Shown piece after piece: positions 26,837-35,181 of a stretch of 43,216 bases of DNA (position 1 is the stretch's first letter; each line of letters starts with the position of its first letter). The notes beneath the pieces were generated by a model. That model did not search any database. It was not told the origin of the DNA and was given only the letters and a program-made list of their open reading frames with translations. The position numbers and the translations under genes are program-made. The stretch is from NCBI GenBank assembly GCA_946497905.1, contig CAMMMI010000002.1, positions 1-43,216 of the forward strand, in the 5' to 3' direction. This DNA comes from an uncultured Clostridium sp. Its GTDB lineage: Bacteria; Bacillota; Clostridia; TANB77; CAG-508.

Positions 26837-27994
26837 ATGAAAATGGAGGAAAGTATTGAAATGAGTATTGATTTACCAGACATAAGACATTTTGATGATT
26901 TTTATATTTGGTTTAACAAAGATGAAAAGAAAGAATATTATTCTACACCTATGTATTTTTATAAAGCTGATTTCTCATATGATTTTAACGATAAAGAAAA
27001 AGATAATCATAAAAATGGTCGTACTAAAAGTGGAGGAGCAAAATATATAAAGTCGAAAAAAGATGAAGGTACAGATATGGGACTAAAACAACCAGGCACT
27101 TTATATTTTCCATATGTTGAACGACTTGGACTATTACTATTAAGATTTCTAAATGCTGACTTATCAACTTACGAAACTGCATATAAAGATTTCTTTTATG
27201 CTTATGGATTTGAAATATTAAAAGATGTAGATGAAGATTATAAATTTGAACTAAGAGGAAAATACGAAGATGATGAAACATATTTAAAAGAAACCAAAAA
27301 AATATATGATAATTTAAAAGAGCAACTTATTACAATACAAGAACAAATAACAGATGCAGTAAATTACATATACAATATAAATGAAGATGAAGAATTAAAA
27401 CAATTTACACACTCACAAAGATATGCAGTATATCTTATAAAGAGAAAAGGAAAATTATATTCTTACATAAAAAATGATGAAGTCATACCAGATAACTATT
27501 CTAATAAATATGATGAATTAGGAAATATAGAAGAAAAAGACTTACTAAAAAAATTACAAGAAGAAGGAAAACTTATATCTATGGTAAATACACATAAAAG
27601 CAATGACATATCAAGTATTTGTTATGCGATATTAGAAGAACTATCAAAAACAGATAATTACCCAATTAAAAAATGTCAGAACTGTGGTATGTATTTTATA
27701 CCAAATTCAAGACTAGATGAAATATATTGTGATTATCCAAAAGAAAATGGAAAAACGTGTAGAGAACAAGGAGCAATACTTTCTTACAACAAGAGATTAC
27801 AAGAAAAGTCAGCTTATTCTGAATATAGAAAAACATATCAACAAAAATTTGGTATAGTTAATAAGAATAAAGAAGATAAGAAGCTAAAAGCAGAATTTGA
27901 GACTTGGAAAAAACAGGCTAAAGAAAAAATTACTAAATTAAAACATGGGGAACTTACTGAAGATGATGTTTATGAGTGGTTACAAGAAAATTAA
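26837..27994 (+). CDS. hypothetical protein with a C-terminal four-Cys zinc-ribbon-like motif
   Basis: 385-aa ORF. The motif is CQNCGMYFIPNSRLDEIYCDYPKENGKTC. The likelier start is ATG 26861, 11 nt after GGAGG 26845..26849. Confidence 0.6.
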   Translation: MKMEESIEMSIDLPDIRHFDDFYIWFNKDEKKEYYSTPMYFYKADFSYDFNDKEKDNHKNGRTKSGGAKYIKSKKDEGTDMGLKQPGTLYFPYVERLGLLLLRFLNADLSTYETAYKDFFYAYGFEILKDVDEDYKFELRGKYEDDETYLKETKKIYDNLKEQLITIQEQITDAVNYIYNINEDEELKQFTHSQRYAVYLIKRKGKLYSYIKNDEVIPDNYSNKYDELGNIEEKDLLKKLQEEGKLISMVNTHKSNDISSICYAILEELSKTDNYPIKKCQNCGMYFIPNSRLDEIYCDYPKENGKTCREQGAILSYNKRLQEKSAYSEYRKTYQQKFGIVNKNKEDKKLKAEFETWKKQAKEKITKLKHGELTEDDVYEWLQEN

Positions 27995-28077
27995 TAGTTT
28001 AAAAAAATAGTCAATAAAATGTAGTAAAAATTTAACTTTAATGCTATAATAAGAATAGATTGAAAGGAAGAAAATAT

Positions 28078-28467
28078 ATGAATAGTGTAGATTTAATGGA
28101 ATATTGGTTTAAAAGTGCAGATGAAGATTATGATACAATGCTTTATATGAAAGCTGGAAAAAAGAATACTTGGTGTTTGTTTATGGGACATTTAGTAATT
28201 GAAAAACTTCTAAAAGGATTATATGCAAAGAATAATCCAGATGACCCAATAGCACCTAAAATTCATAATTTAATTTTACTTTCTCAAAAAGCAAATTTAG
28301 AAGTACCAAAAGAAATAAGAGAAAAGATACAAACTATAAATACATTTAATATAAGTGCTAGATATGATGATTATAAAAGGACTTTTGATGAAAAATGCAC
28401 AGATGATTATACTGGTGAACAAGTAAAAAATGTTGAGGAGGTACGAAAATGGTTGAAAGAACAATAA
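28078..28467 (+). CDS. HEPN-domain protein
   Basis: AAAGGAAG lies upstream of ATG 28078. The helical bundle pattern is GHLVIEKLLKGLYAK ... KIHNLILLSQKA ... ISARYDDY. No Rx4-6H RNase motif is visible. Confidence 0.65.
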   Translation: MNSVDLMEYWFKSADEDYDTMLYMKAGKKNTWCLFMGHLVIEKLLKGLYAKNNPDDPIAPKIHNLILLSQKANLEVPKEIREKIQTINTFNISARYDDYKRTFDEKCTDDYTGEQVKNVEEVRKWLKEQ

Positions 28468-28769
28468 ATAAAGATATTATAGATAGTATAAATAAGTTTA
28501 TAGAAGAAATAAAAAAGCAATATAATGTTACAGCAATTATATTATTTGGCTCTTATGCAAAAGGAACAGAAAACAAAGATAGTGATATAGATATTGCTGT
28601 TATTTCTGATGATTTTGAAGATATTTATGATTGTATGGCAGTTTTAATGGGAATGACTTGGGATATAGATGCTAGAATAGAGCCACACCCAATAACAAAA
28701 GAAGATTATGAAAAAGTTTCAAATCCTTTTGTAAAAGAGGTTGTAGATACAGGAATAAAAGTGGCATAA
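28449..28769 (+). CDS. minimal nucleotidyltransferase (MNT) domain protein
   Basis: Reads ILFGSYAKGTENKDSDIDIAVI (GS-x9-DxD signature). GAGGAGG lies upstream, and the gene overlaps the HEPN gene by 19 nt. Confidence 0.75.
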   Translation: MVERTINKDIIDSINKFIEEIKKQYNVTAIILFGSYAKGTENKDSDIDIAVISDDFEDIYDCMAVLMGMTWDIDARIEPHPITKEDYEKVSNPFVKEVVDTGIKVA

Positions 28770-28863
28770 AATTATATACAAAAAATTAGCTGATATTTAA
28801 TAACTATCAGCTTTTATATTAAAAAGATAAAATAATAGTAGCTAACATAAAAGGGAGATAAAA

Positions 28864-29850
28864 ATGTCAATTATAGAAGTAGAAGATTTAGTAAAAACAT
28901 ATAAAACCATAGAAAAAGAAGATGGATTGTTAGGATATTTTAAAAACTTAGTAAGACCAAAATATAAAGAATTTACTGCTGTAAAAAGTGTAAATTTTAA
29001 TATTGAAGAAGGAGAATTAGTAGGCTATATTGGAGAAAATGGAGCAGGAAAATCAACTACAATAAAAATGCTTACAGGTCTTTTAACTCCTACATCTGGA
29101 AAAATAGTGATAAATGGAATAATACCTAATGAGAAAAGAATAGAAAATAATAAAAATATAGGTGCAGTTTTTGGACAAAAAACACAATTATGGTGGGATT
29201 TACCAGTCATTGAATCTTTTAGATTAATAAAAAAGATGTATAAGATACCAGAAAATGAATATAGAAAGAATTTGAAAAAGTTTACTGAAATATTGGATTT
29301 AGAAGATTTGTTAGAAAAGCAAGTTAAAAATTTAAGTTTAGGACAAAAAATGAGATGTGAAATTGCCGCTACTTTCTTGCATAATCCTAAAATAGTATAT
29401 TTAGATGAGCCAACAATAGGATTAGATGTTTTTGTTAAAGAAAATATAAGAAAATTTATAAAAGATATAAACAAAGAAAAGAAAACAACAGTAATATTAA
29501 CAACTCATGATTTAAAAGATATTGAAGATGTTTGTGATAGAATAATACTTTTAGATAAAGGTCAAATAATTTATGATGGAGAAAAGCAAAAATTTAAAGA
29601 TACTTATGGAAAATATGTAATTAGCGAACTTATAGTAAAAGATAAAAAAGAAAGTATTAAATTAAATAATGCAGAAATAATAGAACAAACTGATAACAAA
29701 TTGAAAATAAAATTTAGCCATGATGAAACAACAATAGTAAAAATTATGGATGAAATATCTCAATTTTGTAATATAGAAGATATACATATGAAAGAAGCAG
29801 AGTTAGAAGATATATTAAAAGAAATATATAAAGGGGCACACAAATGTTAA
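28864..29850 (+). CDS. ABC transporter ATP-binding protein
   Basis: Walker A is GENGAGKST, the signature is LSLGQKMR, and Walker B is VYLDEPTIGLD. Confidence 0.85.
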   Translation: MSIIEVEDLVKTYKTIEKEDGLLGYFKNLVRPKYKEFTAVKSVNFNIEEGELVGYIGENGAGKSTTIKMLTGLLTPTSGKIVINGIIPNEKRIENNKNIGAVFGQKTQLWWDLPVIESFRLIKKMYKIPENEYRKNLKKFTEILDLEDLLEKQVKNLSLGQKMRCEIAATFLHNPKIVYLDEPTIGLDVFVKENIRKFIKDINKEKKTTVILTTHDLKDIEDVCDRIILLDKGQIIYDGEKQKFKDTYGKYVISELIVKDKKESIKLNNAEIIEQTDNKLKIKFSHDETTIVKIMDEISQFCNIEDIHMKEAELEDILKEIYKGAHKC

Positions 29851-30635
29851 AAACAATGATACAACTTGCTAAAATGCAATTCAATCAATACAATATATAC
29901 AAATCAAACTTTTGTTTATTTACACTAAATAGAATAGTAGAAATTATAGTATATATTTTTGTATGGCAAGCAATATATAATCAAACAGGAAATGCTGGAG
30001 GATTTAATATATCTCAAATGATTACTTATTATATTTTGGCTACAGCATTTAGTTCTATAGCTACTTGGGGAATAAATGAAATAATGGCACACTCTATAAG
30101 AAATGGTCATATTAATAAAGAATTATTAAATCCTATTTTGTATTTTCAATACTATTTTGGAATGAATTTAGGAGAATTAGGTTTTGCAACAATAGTAGGA
30201 ATTGCTACATTCATATTATGTGCAATATTTTGGAAATTAGTATTGCCAACTAATTTATTAGATTTTTTTCTATGCATAATAGTAATATTATTAGGTGTAC
30301 CAATAACTTTTTTTATACAAATGATTGTAGGAACAATAGGCTTTTATACAAATTCAATTTGGGGAATGCAGATATTAAGAAAGGCGATAATTAAAATATT
30401 TTCAGGAATTATTGCTCCGATAACTTTATTTCCTATGTGGTTCCAAGATTTATCAAAAATTTTACCATTTAAAGAATTGATTTACACACCAATAAATATA
30501 TGGCTAGGACAAGTTTCTTATAATGAAATAATATTTGTAATTGTAAAACAGATTATATGGGGATTTCTATTATATATTGTAGCTAAATTATTTTTTAATC
30601 ATGCAGTTAAAAACTTAACAATAAATGGAGGATAA
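29844..30635 (+). CDS. ABC-2 type permease
   Basis: 263-aa polytopic hydrophobic protein, translationally coupled to the ATPase (ATGTTAA overlap). Confidence 0.7.
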   Translation: MLKTMIQLAKMQFNQYNIYKSNFCLFTLNRIVEIIVYIFVWQAIYNQTGNAGGFNISQMITYYILATAFSSIATWGINEIMAHSIRNGHINKELLNPILYFQYYFGMNLGELGFATIVGIATFILCAIFWKLVLPTNLLDFFLCIIVILLGVPITFFIQMIVGTIGFYTNSIWGMQILRKAIIKIFSGIIAPITLFPMWFQDLSKILPFKELIYTPINIWLGQVSYNEIIFVIVKQIIWGFLLYIVAKLFFNHAVKNLTINGG

Positions 30636-30636
30636 A

Positions 30637-31431
30637 ATGAAAAAAGTATTACATAATATAAGCTTATATTTTTCACTATTAAAAGTATCTTTAAAAGAAA
30701 TACTAATATATAGAATAGATTGTATTGTCGGAATTTTTTCTCAACTTATTGTTCAATTAGTAAGCTTAATTTTTATATTTGTTGTATTTCAAAATACAGA
30801 CAATATTGCTGGTTGGAATTTTAAGCAAATATTACTATTATTTGGAGTAACAAGAATACCAATAGGAATTGCAGGATATTGCTTTGATGCTTTATATGAT
30901 ATTGGACCCAAATACATAAGAAATGGAGATTTTGATAAAATTTTATTAAGACCTGTTCACCCATTAATATCTATTATAGGAGCATCTAGAGAGTTTGTGT
31001 CGATAGCGGATTTTGTTATAGGATTAGCAATTACGATTTCTATGTTGATTCAACTTTCAATACCAATAACAACGATGTTAATTATTAAAATAATTTTTTT
31101 TAGTATAGTTGGTGCTTTGATAATAGGTGCTATCAATACAATATTTAGCATTTCATCATTTTGGACATATAGGTCTAATGAAGTAATATGGTCATTTTAT
31201 AGAATGTATACATTTACAGAATACCCAATAACTATATACAATAAATTTATAAGAATATTAATAACATTAGTTTTACCATTTGCCTTTGTTTCATATTATC
31301 CGACAATGGCATATTTAGGACTTAATACTTATATGATATATTTATCTCCCATTGTAGCAATTATTTTATGGATAATTGCAGTAAAACTATGGAATCTAGC
31401 ATTAAATAAATATAGAAGTACAGGTACGTAA
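30637..31431 (+). CDS. ABC-2 type permease (second subunit)
   Basis: Polytopic protein. ATG 30637 lies 6 nt after a GGAGGA that overlaps the upstream stop. Confidence 0.7.
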   Translation: MKKVLHNISLYFSLLKVSLKEILIYRIDCIVGIFSQLIVQLVSLIFIFVVFQNTDNIAGWNFKQILLLFGVTRIPIGIAGYCFDALYDIGPKYIRNGDFDKILLRPVHPLISIIGASREFVSIADFVIGLAITISMLIQLSIPITTMLIIKIIFFSIVGALIIGAINTIFSISSFWTYRSNEVIWSFYRMYTFTEYPITIYNKFIRILITLVLPFAFVSYYPTMAYLGLNTYMIYLSPIVAIILWIIAVKLWNLALNKYRSTGT

Positions 31432-31632
31432 ATTTATAAATAGAAATAGCAAAAGAAGATATCTTTTATTGTACCAAAGAGGTTCCTATTTTAGGACACC
31501 TTCTATGATTCTTTATATCAATTATAAAATTCAATTTTAACAGAAATATTACTCACAGTGATATAACAAACGCAAATAAAAAACTAACTTAAAAAAATTA
31601 GAATCCAATAATATTAATTAAACACACATAAA

Positions 31633-31818
31633 CTAAAATTTTTCTAAAAATTTTTGAAAAAACTTATTTTTAATTTTATCTTTAAACTTTAATTTTAAAA
31701 ATAAAATAATGCCACATATAATAAATAAGACAGAAACAGATATCAATAATAGAATTAATTGATTAACTTGTTCTTCTTTTGGTAGTGAGATTAAATAAAT
31801 CCAATAATTTGCAAACAT
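31633..31818 (-). CDS. small membrane protein (61 aa)
   Basis: GGTGGA lies 8 nt upstream of the ATG. One central hydrophobic helix is followed by a Lys-rich tail. Confidence 0.45.
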   Translation of the reverse strand: MFANYWIYLISLPKEEQVNQLILLLISVSVLFIICGIILFLKLKFKDKIKNKFFQKFLEKF

Positions 31819-31914
31819 ATATTATTCCACCTTTTAATACTAATAATATCATATATGGAATATTTTACCAGAATAGAAAAAACAAGTCAATACAATATAT
31901 TTAAAATAATATAA

Positions 31915-31969
31915 AAAATACAAAATCTGTTACGATTAACAAGTAGGGATATACTTGCTAATCGTAACA
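31915..31969 (-). terminator. Rho-independent terminator of the XRE gene
   Basis: An 18-bp stem (31928..31945 with 31952..31969, one mismatch) and a 6-nt loop begin 2 nt after the stop. It is followed on the minus strand by GATTTTGTATTTTTT. Confidence 0.65.
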
Positions 31970-31971
31970 TA

Positions 31972-32328
31972 TTATCTATTTCTCAATGATAGAGTTAAAG
32001 TTTTAATAACATCAATATAGGAAATAAGTTCTTTACTAGTAAATTTTTTTAGATATTTTTTAGTTTCAGAAATAACACTATCATCAAGACCAAATAAAAT
32101 GTAATCAGAGGAATGGCCACTTAAATCCATAAGTTTTTTAATACTTTTATATACTAAATTACCATTACCAGCTTCAACCAAACCCAAAAATTGTCCAGAT
32201 ACTCCAATCTCCTTAGCTAATTGAGTTTTATTCATTTTTAATTCTTTTTCTCTAATGTATTTAATTCGTTTCCCTCTCTCGATTCGTTCGATTTTTTCTA
32301 AATCCAATTTATTATTATCAACAATCAT
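31972..32328 (-). CDS. XRE-family HTH transcriptional regulator
   Basis: GGAGGTG lies upstream of ATG 32328. The HTH reads MNKTQLAKEIGVSGQFLGLVEAGNGN. Confidence 0.75.
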   Translation of the reverse strand: MIVDNNKLDLEKIERIERGKRIKYIREKELKMNKTQLAKEIGVSGQFLGLVEAGNGNLVYKSIKKLMDLSGHSSDYILFGLDDSVISETKKYLKKFTSKELISYIDVIKTLTLSLRNR

Positions 32329-32456
32329 ATTTACACCTCCATTGAATACTAAATATATTTTACAATATAAAAAACACAAAAAAATAGTAAAAAAATTGTA
32401 AAATTATAGAGAAAAATAGGGAAATATGGTATATTATGAAAAAAGGGGGAATAAAA

Positions 32457-33239
32457 ATGAAACCAATGAAAATATTGATAATAGAAGATGATATAAATGA
32501 ATGCAACAATTTTATTAAAACAATCAAAAATAGAGAAGATATAGAATTAGTTAAGGTAACAGATTCTGATATTAAAGGATTAAATTATGTTAATACGCTC
32601 CATCCAGAAGGAATAGTATTAGATATAGAATTAAATAATAGTTCAAGTGGAAATACAAATTCATTAGGGTTTATGGATAATCTAAAAAAGTTAAATCTTA
32701 ATTATCATCCAGTAGTGATTGTAACAACTCATATATACTCAAAAAGAACATATGATATACTTCATGCAAGTGGGGTTGATTTAATATTATATAAAAAACA
32801 TCCTAAATATTCATGTGAACAAGTATTAAATAATTTTATAAGTTTAAGAGAAATGACACCTAAGAAAACAGTTGAAACTTTAGAAGAAGAATTAAAAGAT
32901 GAGGAAAGCAAAATTTCTGATTATATAAATAATGAATTAGAGTTAATTGGCATTAGTTCTAAATTAAAAGGTAGGAGATATGCCCATGATGCAATATTAT
33001 ATTTAATACAAAATGATGGAAAAGATGTAAATCCAACGAAATATTTAACTAAAATATATAATAAACCAGAAACTACAATTACAAATGGAATACAAAATGC
33101 GATAATACATGCTTGGAAATATACAGCTTTAGAAGATTTATTAGAACATTATAAAGGAGTGATAAATGCTGATAGAGGTATGCCAACAGTTATGGAATTG
33201 ATATATTATTACGCAAGGAAAATAAAAAGTATGTTGTAG
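32457..33239 (+). CDS. response regulator with a Spo0A_C-like DNA-binding domain
   Basis: Receiver features: IIEDD, phospho-acceptor VLDIEL, VIVTTH, LYKK. The C-terminus LIGISSKLKGRRYAHDAILYLIQND ... TTITNGIQNAIIHAWKY ... MPTVMELIYYYARKI aligns by eye to the B. subtilis Spo0A effector domain. Confidence 0.75.
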   Translation: MKPMKILIIEDDINECNNFIKTIKNREDIELVKVTDSDIKGLNYVNTLHPEGIVLDIELNNSSSGNTNSLGFMDNLKKLNLNYHPVVIVTTHIYSKRTYDILHASGVDLILYKKHPKYSCEQVLNNFISLREMTPKKTVETLEEELKDEESKISDYINNELELIGISSKLKGRRYAHDAILYLIQNDGKDVNPTKYLTKIYNKPETTITNGIQNAIIHAWKYTALEDLLEHYKGVINADRGMPTVMELIYYYARKIKSML

Positions 33240-33275
33240 CTTTGGAGCTCTAAAATATAAATGAATAGAAAGTAA

Positions 33276-33324
33276 AATAGTAGGAATTTTCTAATTAAGA
33301 AAATTTGACCTACTATTTTTTTTC
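33276..33324 (+). terminator. Rho-independent terminator after the response-regulator gene
   Basis: AATAGTAGG (33276..33284) pairs with CCTACTATT (33309..33317). An inner AATTTTCT/AGAAAATT stem extends it, and a T8 run follows. Confidence 0.65.
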
Positions 33325-33423
33325 ATTTTTCGCCATTTTTCTCTATCAATAAATACCGTTTATCCATAAGGAATAGATGGTATTTTTTGCTTGTACTAAA
33401 AAAGAGATAAAGGTGGTGGAAAT

Positions 33424-33477
33424 ATGGGAAATTGGTATGAGGAATTAATGAAATGGCTTAAAGAATGGCTTACTTAA
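33424..33477 (+). CDS. 17-aa Trp-rich amphipathic peptide MGNWYEELMKWLKEWLT (not in the ORF track)
   Basis: AAAGGTGGTGGA lies 3 nt upstream of the ATG. A possible extended -10 TGGTATTTT sits at 33378..33386. The gene is bracketed by two strong terminators, between the response-regulator and kinase genes. Confidence 0.5.
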   Translation: MGNWYEELMKWLKEWLT

Positions 33478-33492
33478 TAAAATAGATGGATA

Positions 33493-33537
33493 AAAATAAG
33501 ATAATCAATAAATATTAATATTGATTATCTTATTTTT
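33493..33537 (+). terminator. Rho-independent terminator after the peptide gene
   Basis: A perfect 18-bp stem (33493..33510 with 33519..33536) and an 8-nt loop end in a T-run. Confidence 0.7.
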
Positions 33538-33594
33538 ATACTATATAATTATTTATATGAATTAGCGTGAACATAGTTTAGGAGTGATTTTATA

Positions 33595-35082
33595 TTGAGT
33601 GATGAAGGTTTAATAATACAAGATTATATAATTGACTTTATAAGAATATTAATAATTTGTGTATTAACAATAATAACAAATTTGAAGATTTTAAATTTAA
33701 AAGACATTATAAAAAAGAATTTATTAAAATTAATTATATTGATATTTCTTATAAATAATTTTTGTATTTATATTCAAAATATAATTAACCCTGCAATCAG
33801 TATAATATCATTAAATTTTTTATTATCTTTATTATTTTCGAATATTACAGGTAATAAAATAGGATATTCAATTTTAATTACAACATTGTCCTTAAGTATT
33901 AATTATGTAATATATACTATATCAACCATAGTTTGTTTCATAATATTTAAAGCAATGGATGGTAACAATAAGAGCATAATTATTTCGACTATAACGCTAA
34001 TTGATATAATTATAATGTTAGCTCTATATAAAATAAAAAGATTTAGCAAAGGGATAACTTTTTTAAAGAAAAATAAAAATAACGAATATTTTGAAATATT
34101 AATTTTAAATGTAGAAATGACATTTTTATTAGCGTTTGTAATTTTTACGAATGCTAACATTGAATCAATGAAACCAATATTTGTTTATATAGTTATATTT
34201 TCAATACTAATGGTTATCACAATCCAAAAATTATTACAACTATATTACAAGCAAGAGTTATTAAGACGAAATACAGAAGAAAAGGAAAAAGAATTAAAAA
34301 ATAAAAACAAGGAACTACAAGAAAAAGACAAAAAGATAGAAAAACTAGAAAAAGAAAATCTAGAACTAAATAAAAAAATACACTCAATAAATTACAGACA
34401 AGACTCACTAACATACAAACTAAACACCTTATCACAAAAAAGTGAAATAGCAGAAGAAATAGACATAAGAGATAGAATAAACAAAATATCAAAAGTAATA
34501 GAAGAAGAAAAAATAGCAATAGAATTAACAAAAACAAATATAGAAATAATTGATGATATGTTAAGATACATGCAATCAGAATGCATAAAAAATAATATAG
34601 ATTTTGAGTTAAAAATAAATGGAAATATAAAGCATATGGCAAAAAATATCGTATCAAAAGAAGATTTAGAAATATTAATAGCAACCTTAATAAAAAATGC
34701 TATAATAGCAATAAATTATTCAGATAACATCAATAAAAGTATATTAGTAAGGTTAGGAATAATAGATGGTATTTACAGTTTATATGTATATGATACAGGT
34801 ATTGAATTTAAAATAGAAACCTTATTAAATCTAGGAATAAAACCAAGTACAACACATGCAGATAATGGTGGAACAGGCATGGGATTTATGAATACTTTTG
34901 ATACACTAAATAAATATAAAGCAAGTATCATTATTAAAGAATATGGGGAAGAAAGTAAAGATAATTATACAAAAGCGATAATAATAAAATTTGACAAAAA
35001 TAATAATTACAAAATTAATTCATATCGTTCAGATAAAATAAAAGAAAAAGATCCTAAAAATATAATTGTAGAAAAACTATAA
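33595..35082 (+). CDS. membrane sensor kinase, AgrC/ComD-like GHKL family
   Basis: About 210 aa with multiple hydrophobic helices, then a coiled coil carrying a candidate His (KKIHSINYRQDSL), then ATPase boxes LIKNAI (N), YDTGIEF (G1) and GGTGMGF (G2). Confidence 0.75.
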   Translation: MSDEGLIIQDYIIDFIRILIICVLTIITNLKILNLKDIIKKNLLKLIILIFLINNFCIYIQNIINPAISIISLNFLLSLLFSNITGNKIGYSILITTLSLSINYVIYTISTIVCFIIFKAMDGNNKSIIISTITLIDIIIMLALYKIKRFSKGITFLKKNKNNEYFEILILNVEMTFLLAFVIFTNANIESMKPIFVYIVIFSILMVITIQKLLQLYYKQELLRRNTEEKEKELKNKNKELQEKDKKIEKLEKENLELNKKIHSINYRQDSLTYKLNTLSQKSEIAEEIDIRDRINKISKVIEEEKIAIELTKTNIEIIDDMLRYMQSECIKNNIDFELKINGNIKHMAKNIVSKEDLEILIATLIKNAIIAINYSDNINKSILVRLGIIDGIYSLYVYDTGIEFKIETLLNLGIKPSTTHADNGGTGMGFMNTFDTLNKYKASIIIKEYGEESKDNYTKAIIIKFDKNNNYKINSYRSDKIKEKDPKNIIVEKL

Positions 35083-35181
35083 AGAAAATATGCCAAAGTA
35101 GACAGAATAATTAGTGCAGTCTAATATATTAAATCATGTAAAAAGTTATCTAAATAGCCTGTCCTTTGGCATAAATTAAAA

